Source of the DNA: Longimicrobiales bacterium
GTDB lineage: Bacteria > Gemmatimonadota > Gemmatimonadetes > Longimicrobiales > Gaopeijiaceae
DNA: 64,000 nucleotides
Assembly (NCBI GenBank): GCA_041690395.1
Contig: JAWLHJ010000005.1
Coordinates: 384,001 to 448,000 of the forward strand
Direction of reading: 5' to 3'
Shown here in pieces: positions 1 through 7,959 of this stretch. Position 1 is the stretch's first letter; each line of letters begins with the position of its first letter. Under the pieces are notes generated by a model. The model saw only the letters and a list, made by a program, of their open reading frames with translations, ran no database searches and was not told the DNA's origin. Both the position numbers and the translations under genes were made by a program.

Positions 1-89
1 AGGATCACGCCCCAACGCACGCCCCAAGAACTCAGGTTGCGTCAGGAGCACTCGAGGCGCAACGTGGCGGACGGGCGTTCCCGGCATGT

Positions 90-118
90 CGGGAACTCCG
101 AGTTATATGACACACGCC
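90..118 (+). mobile_element. Integron-type recombination point (attI-like simple site or end of an upstream attC); 5' boundary of cassette 1
   Basis: CGGGAAC-TCCGA-GTTATATG has inverted AAC/GTT cores with a 5-nt spacer. 102-118 GTTATATGACACACGCC is 16/17 complementary to 1172-1188 GGCGTGCGTCATATAAC after ORF1. Direct repeat CACGCCCCAA at 6-15 and 18-27. Confidence 0.5.
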
Positions 119-136
119 TCGAACGAACGGTTCTGA

Positions 137-1162
137 ATGGCCGATCTACACGCTTGGTGGAAAGGCCGCGAAGGCGAATCGTATTGGCTAGAAGTAACCG
201 ACCGTGAGGATCTCGGAACGAACCTGAAGGCGCCCCAAGAGAACGAGGCAGGTGGGGACTTCTGGAGCTACTCCCTCGTTCGAGAGGTCTCGTCGGGTGA
301 CAGAGTCTTCCACTACGACAGGCCGTCTCAACGCATCATGGCTCGGTCCCGGGCCACTGGTGACGTTTGGGATGACCAGCTCGTGTGGGGCGCACGCGGT
401 ACGTACGCGCGCCAAGCCGGAGTCGAGCCTTATCCGCGGCCAGGATGGTACGCTGGCCTTGAGGGCTTCGAGCATCTCGCGCAGCCACTCGAGCTGGAGG
501 GGATTCGCTCGAAGATGGCTGAGATCCGTCAGGCGTATAGGAACCTGGTCCATCAGGTAGGGTCGCCGCTGTACTTCCCGTTTGAGACCGGGACGAAGCG
601 TCCCACCCGCCCGATGCAGGGCTACCTCTTCAAGCTGCCCCGATTCTTTGTGGAGCTCTTTCCTGAGCTGCACATGGGCATGGACTTGGGAGAGGTCACA
701 ATGGGAAAGAGCGAGGACCAGTTTGGAGCCAGCTACAGACGGGCAGACGAAGAGACATCCGTGGGAGCCTTCGATCCGATGGAGGTTGACCCGGCTGTAG
801 TCGAACGCGGCACTCGGGGTCATGCGATGACCCAGAACGCCTTGGCAGATTATGTCGAGTCTCTCGGCCTCACACCCCGCTCACCCCAACCCGACGAACC
901 GAACTTCGATCTGGCCTGGGAGGCTGGAGACCGAGTCTTTGTTGCGGAAGTGAAGAGCGTGACGAATCGTAACGAAGAGCGGCAGCTTCGGATGGGACTC
1001 GGTCAAGTCCTCCAGTACCGCCACCATTTAGAGATCAAGCTCGGCCGGCCCGTCGTCGCGGTATTGGCTTCAGAGCGACGACCTCCGGCAGGGTGGGTCA
1101 GCCTCTTTGGCTCACTCGGAGTTCTAATCGTTTGGCCCGCAGACTTCACCAAGCTGGGGTGA
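137..1162 (+). CDS. EVE/PUA-like domain fused to PD-(D/E)XK nuclease; candidate modification-dependent (type IV) restriction enzyme
   Basis: N-terminal YW..W-SY-SLVREVSSGDRVFHY...QGYLF resembles the EVE domains of EVE-HNH nucleases. C-terminal PNFDLAW..VAEVKS..GQVLQY gives PD-(D/E)XK plus QxxxY motifs. Confidence 0.65.
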   Translation: MADLHAWWKGREGESYWLEVTDREDLGTNLKAPQENEAGGDFWSYSLVREVSSGDRVFHYDRPSQRIMARSRATGDVWDDQLVWGARGTYARQAGVEPYPRPGWYAGLEGFEHLAQPLELEGIRSKMAEIRQAYRNLVHQVGSPLYFPFETGTKRPTRPMQGYLFKLPRFFVELFPELHMGMDLGEVTMGKSEDQFGASYRRADEETSVGAFDPMEVDPAVVERGTRGHAMTQNALADYVESLGLTPRSPQPDEPNFDLAWEAGDRVFVAEVKSVTNRNEERQLRMGLGQVLQYRHHLEIKLGRPVVAVLASERRPPAGWVSLFGSLGVLIVWPADFTKLG

Positions 1163-1181
1163 TTGGGCATCGGCGTGCGTC

Positions 1182-1266
1182 ATATAACAAGTATGTTTCC
1201 GGCTCCGCTCACTTCGTTCGCTCCGACCTATATGGCCTCGACCGGGTGGACTCTGTACTGTTATCC
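1182..1266 (+). mobile_element. attC-like site 1
   Basis: Starts 19 nt after the ORF1 stop with ATATAAC and ends at GTTATCC. Core TAACAAG..ATG..TTTCCGGCTC..CTC.CTTCGTTCGCTCCGAC.TATATGG is shared with 2845-2900. Arm pairing is imperfect. Confidence 0.55.
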
Positions 1267-1363
1267 ACACTTCGTAGGTTTCAGGAAGACCGACGCGTCT
1301 GGTGGGGCCACTGCCGACGCATCTGAACGCTAGGGAGCCCCTGGACAGGATAGGCCGGCCGGA

Positions 1364-2821
1364 ATGACCGACGGAGAGGAGGCGAAGGGCTGGCGGGTCC
1401 GGGTTCAGCCCACAGAGCTCCCTGTCCCTGATGAAGATCCATTTCGACATGACCTATTGGGACGTCGAGAAGCAGTTGAGGTCCTTTCTGAGCTGCTTTC
1501 CCACATCGAAGGCCCGTGTGTGTTCGCCTTGGACGCACCCTGGGGAACCGGGAAGACCTCTTTCCTGCGCATGTGGTCTGCCCATTTGCGGCAGCTCGGA
1601 TTTGCGGTAGCTGAGTTCAACGCCTGGGAGACTGACTTCACGGGCGAACCCTTTGCGGCATTGACGGCAGAACTCGGACGCTCCCTCACCCGCGATTCCG
1701 GCTCTCGGCTCGAAAAGGCTCTGTCAGGCACGCGGGCGGCGGCGATCCAAGTGCTCAAGTATACCCTACCTGGTGCTATCCGGCTTGCCACGGCGGGTGC
1801 TCTGGATCTCAACCCACTGATCGAGGGCGAGCTAGGATCTGGTTTGGCCGCCTTGGCCGAAGAACAACTACAGCGCTATGAGCAGGCGCGGGATTCCATC
1901 GCGTCCTTTCGAACGGAATTGTCCGGACTTGCTGCAGAAGTCAACAAGGACAGCGCCGGGCATCCACTTGTGATCTTTGTGGACGAACTCGACCGGTGCC
2001 GGCCATCCTATGCGGTAGAGCTTCTTGAGGTCGCAAAGCACCTCTTCTCCGTCGATAACATCATCTTTGTGGTAAGCATCGATCGGCGAGAGTTGGGCCA
2101 CTCGATTCGGGCCATCTACGGCTCAGATTTTGATGCATCTGGGTACCTCCGGCGCTTCTTTGATGTGGACTACGCCCTTCCGGTTCCGGACCGCACAAGG
2201 TTCGTGGAGAGCTTGCTCCAGGGAGGCTCAATCGAGGCGTACTTCGGTCGCACCAAGGACGAAGATGCACGGAGGCTTCGAGAGGTCATCACGAAGATGC
2301 TTTCGTTGCTGCTGGGGGAGTCTTCGGTCGGTCTCCGGCCAATCGCTCAAGGGGTCAACCGGCTCGCACTAGTTCTGGGGTCCTTGCCAGCCGACAAGCG
2401 CATGTTTGCAGTGACAGCAGCCACCTTGGTCATCCTCCGAACTCTGGACCCGATGCTGTACCAAGACCTGGTCTTGGGGAGGAGGTCGGACGCGGAGATC
2501 CTTGACCGGATCTTTGAAGACCCTGCCTTGGAGTTGGTTCGCGGAAAGCATGTGGCGAACCTCTTTGAGGCAACGATCATGGCCGGTGTCACGGAGCTCG
2601 ACCGCCCATCAGCGTTGAAAGAGCGGCTGAAGAAACTTGCCGATCAGGATAAGCCTCCGGGAGGAGAAGACCCGCCCGAGGTGGTTCAGGCCAGAAAGTC
2701 ACTTGGTTACCTGTCGCAGCTTGCTCGGGATGGATTCGACGGGAGTGTCGGATTCCGATACTCGATACGTCGATTGGAACTCCTCTCGCCTGCATTTATT
2801 GGGGCTCGAGAAGACCTGTAG
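1364..2821 (+). CDS. KAP-family P-loop NTPase
   Basis: Walker A APWGTGKTS, FNAWE, Walker B VIFVDELDRCRP and YLRRFFD; no obvious transmembrane insert. Confidence 0.9.
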   Translation: MTDGEEAKGWRVRVQPTELPVPDEDPFRHDLLGRREAVEVLSELLSHIEGPCVFALDAPWGTGKTSFLRMWSAHLRQLGFAVAEFNAWETDFTGEPFAALTAELGRSLTRDSGSRLEKALSGTRAAAIQVLKYTLPGAIRLATAGALDLNPLIEGELGSGLAALAEEQLQRYEQARDSIASFRTELSGLAAEVNKDSAGHPLVIFVDELDRCRPSYAVELLEVAKHLFSVDNIIFVVSIDRRELGHSIRAIYGSDFDASGYLRRFFDVDYALPVPDRTRFVESLLQGGSIEAYFGRTKDEDARRLREVITKMLSLLLGESSVGLRPIAQGVNRLALVLGSLPADKRMFAVTAATLVILRTLDPMLYQDLVLGRRSDAEILDRIFEDPALELVRGKHVANLFEATIMAGVTELDRPSALKERLKKLADQDKPPGGEDPPEVVQARKSLGYLSQLARDGFDGSVGFRYSIRRLELLSPAFIGAREDL

Positions 2822-2844
2822 CGTGTGGATGCGGCGGTTCAACC

Positions 2845-2917
2845 GGATAACAAGGATGTGTTTCCGGCTCTACTCGCTTCGTTCGCTCCGACGTATATGG
2901 TCGAAGCATTGTTGTGG
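2845..2917 (+). mobile_element. attC-like site 2 (possibly damaged on its right side)
   Basis: GGATAAC, 23 nt after the KAP stop, is the exact complement of GTTATCC at 1260 upstream of the KAP gene. It carries the second copy of the ~55-bp core. The next GTT is at 2911. Confidence 0.55.
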
Positions 2918-2919
2918 CT

Positions 2920-3003
2920 GAGAGACGGATCGCAGCGTATTCTGAGCTAGGTCGACAGGAGTCTGCCAGCGGCGCCAGAGCTGACGTGTTCGACTACATC
3001 GAC
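2920..3003 (+). pseudogene. IS3-family transposase C-terminal remnant
   Basis: Translates ..ERRIAAY..GARADVFDYID, resembling the IS3 OrfB C-terminal motif EARADVFDYIE.FYN; the rest of the transposase is absent. Confidence 0.5.
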
Positions 3004-3092
3004 TCCCGCAACGAAGGGGGCAGTGCCATCAACCGTCAGCGAGAACGGGGTAGAGCCCGGTGGCGGCTGAGTCCGGAAAAGGTGAGTATCCC

Positions 3093-4646
3093 CTAGTCGT
3101 CTTGAGCCGCTTTCTTCTTCGGAGGGGCCTTCTTCCTTCGCGCCACTTTCTCCTTCGGAGCGGCCTTCTTACTCGGCGGCGCTTTCTTCTTTGAAGCGAC
3201 CTTCTTCTTCGGAGCGACCTTCTTCTTCGGAGCGGCCTTCTTCTTTGGAGCGGCCTTCTTCCTTGGCTCTTTGTCTCCGTCAGGGGACGCACCAGCCCCG
3301 GAGCGGATATGCCCGCCGGACTGCGAGCTGCTGTCGGCCGGGGCGAACCTGTCAGCCAGGGCGTGGAACCGTGAATCCTTGCGTATCTCGCGGAACACCG
3401 GCCATTCGTAACACGCCTGATAGTCCAGGTCTCGACCTTCAGTGGCCTCAACGAGGTTCAAGAACGCGTCCGTTTCGTCCAAGAGTGCCAGCCGCACCAG
3501 CTTGAAGGGGGTACTTAACGCCGAATCGTCGAATTCTTCGATTTCCGCTCGGACTTCGTCGAGCCGCCCCTGCCATTTCTTGCACTGCCAGGCGTTCAAG
3601 CGACACACAAGCTTCGTAGCTGCGCTGAGCCGTTTGCTATCCATGCCTTCGCCTGCAACCATCAACGCGTGCGACCACCGCTCCTTCACGAGTAGATCAT
3701 AGACGTGCTCTAACAACATGTTCTCGAACGCCGCGAGGTCTTCCCTCTGGAGCGAGACCCAGGCCGTGAAGTACGCCATAGTACCAAGAAGTTCAAAATG
3801 GTCGAGGGCGTTTTCCACGTACGGCCTATCAATGTCTGCAGGTTGACCGACATCAGCGTCACCGAAGTACCGGGTCACGACCGTCGGGTGCACGTTCTCC
3901 AAGTACCGCCGGGTGATGCGGCCACCAGCGTGCACGACGATATGACGTCGCTGGACAAACTCTTTGAACTCCTCCCAATCTGGTGACAGCCGTTTGAGAT
4001 CGACCCTCACAGAGCTTCCGAGGAACTTCGCCCACTCATCGACAGACTTCATGAGCAAGTCATCTGTCCGTTTCTCAACCAAGAAGTCGATCGCGCCCTC
4101 TACGCTTCCAATCTGCTGGAGATCGGCGAGCGTCAGCGTCGCCTGGGCGGCGCCGAGCGCCTCTGGAGTGCGTGCGTAGTACTGGTGAGCGATGTCAGCG
4201 ATCAATACCTCGAACTGTCCGACGAGCCCAGTCAGCACTGCGCGATAGAGCAACTTCCGCTGGGTTGGACTACCGACCTCAACGCGTCGCCTTACCCGCT
4301 CGAGGATGTCGTGGAAGGCAGTGGCGGACGGACCGGTAAGACGGAGAGACACAGCCTTTGAGGGGCCCACACCATCGTCCCTCTCTTCGTCAGCCTTGTC
4401 TTCGTCCTCGACCTCTCGCCCGGCTAAGGAGCGGAGAGCTCGGATCAGTGCCCCGCGGTCCTCATGGGACAACCCCCCTACGATCTCTGATAGGTGACTG
4501 CTGAACTCGTCAGCCTCACCGGCCTCGAGCTCCTCAATCGACCCGTGGAGGTGTTCGAGGAAGAGGCGAAATGCCTCGATAGAGTATGTGTAGTTGGTGA
4601 ACGCGTTTCTAAAGGACTGGTCAACGGAGGCTAGATCTTCACTCAT
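3093..4646 (-). CDS. HEPN-like (RxxxxH) protein with C-terminal histone-H1-like Lys/Ala/Pro tail
   Basis: LVGQFEVLIADI helix and EFVQRRHIVVHAGG (R-x4-H, 3930-3950); tail KKAAPKKKAAPKKKVAPKKKVASKKK. Confidence 0.6.
   Translation of the reverse strand: MSEDLASVDQSFRNAFTNYTYSIEAFRLFLEHLHGSIEELEAGEADEFSSHLSEIVGGLSHEDRGALIRALRSLAGREVEDEDKADEERDDGVGPSKAVSLRLTGPSATAFHDILERVRRRVEVGSPTQRKLLYRAVLTGLVGQFEVLIADIAHQYYARTPEALGAAQATLTLADLQQIGSVEGAIDFLVEKRTDDLLMKSVDEWAKFLGSSVRVDLKRLSPDWEEFKEFVQRRHIVVHAGGRITRRYLENVHPTVVTRYFGDADVGQPADIDRPYVENALDHFELLGTMAYFTAWVSLQREDLAAFENMLLEHVYDLLVKERWSHALMVAGEGMDSKRLSAATKLVCRLNAWQCKKWQGRLDEVRAEIEEFDDSALSTPFKLVRLALLDETDAFLNLVEATEGRDLDYQACYEWPVFREIRKDSRFHALADRFAPADSSSQSGGHIRSGAGASPDGDKEPRKKAAPKKKAAPKKKVAPKKKVASKKKAPPSKKAAPKEKVARRKKAPPKKKAAQDD
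3105..3260 (-). repeat. Coding tandem repeat (~18-bp unit, KKKAAP)
   Basis: Repeated cttcttcttcggagcg-type units on the plus strand. Confidence 0.85.
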
Positions 4647-4783
4647 CTGTGTGGGTTTCCCGATTACGGATATCTAGGTTGAGGTCCTAACAGACAGAGA
4701 ATGAGTTTGTCGCAACCTATCAGCTCCACAGCCAGTGCGACACAGGAGCCTGAACTGGATCGAACGGTATCACTGGGGTACTC

Positions 4784-5770
4784 ATGCGGTGGAGCCGTTC
4801 GGCTCCTACAGACTCCACTTGCTGGGCCGAGGGGGGCGAGCCGGACGAGCTCACCAGGGACGACCGTGGCCGTCGTCGGGCGATCGGATTCTGGATGATG
4901 CTGTCTGCAGATCCGCTGCACGAGGCATGTGAGCGGGTTCGGGAATGGGTGGACGAGCGACGGGAGGGGAGGACGATGGGGGCGATGTTCGAGGATGTGG
5001 GCCTCGCGTGGCGCGGGCTCAGGCGGCCGGGGTTCGCGATGATGGCACTGGTGATTCTCGCCGTGGGATTCGGGTCGGTGATCGCCGTGCACAGCGTGGT
5101 GAAGGGCGTCCTTCTGGACCCACTGCCGGTCCCGGAGCCGGACCGGGTGACGACGCTCTGGCTCGCCGACGGGAGGGGGAGCGGCGCGCGCCTGACCCGG
5201 GGACATCTGCGTGACGCGGAAGGCCTGTCGGAGATCGTCAGCGGCGTGGCGGCGTTCCAGAACGCGAGGGGCGCCCTCGAGGATCCGGCCACCGGTGCGA
5301 CGACCATCCTTTACGGTGCCGCGGTCACGCCGGCCTACATGCGGACCCTCGGCGTCTCGCCCGTCATGGGGCGTGACTTCGATGCCGACGGCTTCGACAT
5401 CGACGCGGAGTCCGCGGTCCTGTTGTCCCACCGCGCTTGGCGTCAGATGTACGGTGAGGATCCGGACGTGGTGGGAGGCCACGTCGTCATGGACAGCACG
5501 TCCGCCGATGAGCAGCAGACGCACCCGGCCCTGCCGGCGACTCGTCGTGACGCGCGAGCGCACCGTGTAGTCCTCCGGCCCACCACCGCGACGGTTGGGC
5601 AGCACGCCCAGGAGCACCGTCAGGCCCAGGGCAAGCGCGCCGAGGGCGGCCACCGGGTCCACCGCCACGTCGGCCAGACGCGGAATCTGGTACGGGTCGT
5701 ATGTCAGCGATGCCGACACCACGCCCGGTACCTCCCGGGCGCATCCACGATGGCCAGACGGTCCTCCCAT
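4784..5770 (+). pseudogene. Truncated and scrambled duplicated ABC permease (MacB/FtsX type)
   Basis: Plus strand gives MFEDVGLAWRGLRRPGFA..LLDPLPVPEPDRV..AVLLSHRAWRQMYGEDPDVVG, breaking at ~5500. Minus strand 5500-5740 encodes internal permease-like pieces (EVPGVVSASLT; IPRLADVAVD..LLGVLP..RVRLLLIGG). Confidence 0.7.
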
Positions 5771-5873
5771 GCCCCGTCCCTACGGGCCGACTGAGCGGGC
5801 CTCCCTTGCCCCTCCCCACCCCCCCGCCCACCTTGGCCGCCTTCCCGCCCAGCCCAAGGAGCTTCGTTCCATC

Positions 5874-7832
5874 ATGAGACTGCCCCTTCCCGCCCTGACG
5901 CTCGCCGGAAGCCTCCTCTTGCTGCTTCCGGCGTGTCAAACCGGGTCGGAGCAGGGGCCGTTTCAAATCGAGGAAGCGACCATCGCGGGGATCCAGGCGG
6001 CCATCCTCGACGGCCGGCTCACTTCGACCCAGCTGGTGGAGGGCTACCTGGCCCGCATCGCCGCCTACAACGGACCCTGCGTCGAGGAGCCCCAGGGGAT
6101 CCTGGGGCCGGTCACGACCATCCCCGATGCCGGGAAGATCAACGCGCTCATCACCCTGAACCTGCGTCCGTCGGAGCGCGAGGCCCGCGGCTTCGATGCG
6201 CGGAAGGCCCGCAGCATGACCGATTCCGTCGACGCGGATCCGGGTATGCCCGACGCCCTGGAGGTGGCGGCCGAGCAGGACGCCCATTTCGCCTCCACCG
6301 GCGAGCTCGTGGGGCCGCTCCACGGCGTGGTGCTGGCCATCAAGGACCAGTTCGACACGTACGACATGCGGACCACCTCCGGGGCCGACGCCTTCTACGC
6401 CAACGACCGCCCGCCGAACGACGCGGAGTTCGTGCAGCGCCTGAGGGACGCCGGCGCCATCATCCTCGCCAAGGCGAACATGGGGGAGTACGCGGCGGGA
6501 GGCGTCACGGGGACCCGGAGCTCGTTCGGCGGCACCAACTGCAACGCCTACGACACCGAGCGTGATCCGGGCGCCTCCAGCGGAGGCTCGGGCAACTCGG
6601 TTGCGGCGAACCTCGTCACGTGCGCCATCGCCGAGGAGACGGGCACCTCCGTGCGCGAGCCGGCCAAGAACGCCGCCGCCGTGGGCCTCGCCCCCACCCG
6701 CGAGCTGGTGAGCGCCGACGGGATGATGCAGCGGGGGATCACCACCAGGGTCGGGCCCATCTGCCGGACCGTGGAGGACGTGGCCCGGATCCTCGATGCC
6801 TACGCGGGCTTCGACCCAAAGGACGAGCTCACGGCCTACAGCGTGGGGCGGATGCCCGACCGGCCCTACCAGAGCTTCGCGAGCGAGGAGCGCCTCGACG
6901 GCATCCGCATCGGGGTGGTGCGGGAGTACATGGACCGGGAGATCTTCCCCGAGGCCGACCAGGAGACCATCACCATCATCGAGCAGGCCATCGAGGACCT
7001 GCGGGCGCTGGGCGCCACCATCGTCGATCCAGGCCCCGGGGGCGCGCTGTTCCAGGACGCTGTCGACCGCTTCACCCCGGTCTGGAGCGCCGAGCTGTTC
7101 CTCGATCAGTTCCCGGAGGTTTTCGTCGAAGGGTCGGACGAGCTCGCGGCCGTGCTGGACATGTCCTTCGATCCGACGCTGGTCCCCGAGGACTCCATCG
7201 GGCGGCCGAGCATGCGGAACCTGGGCGGCGGGGGCGACGACGAGGGTGGCACGCGCTACAACATGAATACGTACCTGCGGGAGCGCGGCGACGCCGAGAT
7301 CCGGAGCCTCACGGACCTCGTGGAGAAGGCGAACCACTGGGAGGACCCGAACATGCCGAGTCGGCTCGGGAGCCTCCAGCGAGCCGACTCTGCGAGGACG
7401 CTGGCCACGGAATCCACGCTCCAGACCCGGTTCGCCGTGCGGACCATCGTCATGCAGACGTTCGCGGAGCTGGAGCTCGACGCCGTGATCTATCCCTCGG
7501 GCAACGTCCCACCGGCCATTCTCACGAATCCGCCGGAGCCGTTCGTGTACAACCGGAGCAACGGGGTCTGGACATACATCAACAGCAAGGGCTTCCCGGC
7601 CATGACGGTCCCGGCGGGATTCACCACCGAGGTCTGGGACCGGGTGCGCGACGACACCCAGCCGGACAGCACGCGCCTGGTCGGTCCGGTGCCGGCCCGG
7701 CTCCCCGTGGGCATCGACTTCCTCGCGAGACCCTTCGACGAGCCCATGCTCTTCCGCATCGCGTCGGCCTATGAGGCGAGCACGAGGCACCGGGTGCCGC
7801 CGCCGGACTTCGGGCCGCTGCCGGAGCGGTAG
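5874..7832 (+). CDS. Amidase-signature family lipoprotein
   Basis: Lipobox LLPAC; catalytic motifs AIKDQFD, PGASSGGSG and EETGTSVREPA. Start moved to the ATG at 5874. Confidence 0.9.
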   Translation: MRLPLPALTLAGSLLLLLPACQTGSEQGPFQIEEATIAGIQAAILDGRLTSTQLVEGYLARIAAYNGPCVEEPQGILGPVTTIPDAGKINALITLNLRPSEREARGFDARKARSMTDSVDADPGMPDALEVAAEQDAHFASTGELVGPLHGVVLAIKDQFDTYDMRTTSGADAFYANDRPPNDAEFVQRLRDAGAIILAKANMGEYAAGGVTGTRSSFGGTNCNAYDTERDPGASSGGSGNSVAANLVTCAIAEETGTSVREPAKNAAAVGLAPTRELVSADGMMQRGITTRVGPICRTVEDVARILDAYAGFDPKDELTAYSVGRMPDRPYQSFASEERLDGIRIGVVREYMDREIFPEADQETITIIEQAIEDLRALGATIVDPGPGGALFQDAVDRFTPVWSAELFLDQFPEVFVEGSDELAAVLDMSFDPTLVPEDSIGRPSMRNLGGGGDDEGGTRYNMNTYLRERGDAEIRSLTDLVEKANHWEDPNMPSRLGSLQRADSARTLATESTLQTRFAVRTIVMQTFAELELDAVIYPSGNVPPAILTNPPEPFVYNRSNGVWTYINSKGFPAMTVPAGFTTEVWDRVRDDTQPDSTRLVGPVPARLPVGIDFLARPFDEPMLFRIASAYEASTRHRVPPPDFGPLPER

Positions 7833-7959
7833 GCTTCGAGGCACCTGGGGTCGGCGCGCGGATGGCACGTCGGCCCCGGGTCGCCGGGCGAAACCCGGAC
7901 GCCCCCGTCCCCGTCCGGTCCTGTGAGACCCCGACGTCCCCTGGTCCCACAGGCACCCC

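Noticed and set aside
1261..1269. Perfect DnaA box TTATCCACA
   Set aside because: Single copy with no box cluster or dnaA; better explained as the cassette-boundary GTTATCC.
1182..2917. The two ~55-bp repeats as a CRISPR array
   Set aside because: Only two degenerate copies, separated by a 1.6-kb gene, and no cas genes.
4684..4735. Possible third attC (TCCTAAC) closing a HEPN cassette
   Set aside because: It lacks the shared core and is not complementary to the GTT at 2911.
5800..5850. C-run tract upstream of the amidase (G-quadruplex or phase variation)
   Set aside because: Intergenic interrupted runs are expected at this GC content; nothing supports a function.
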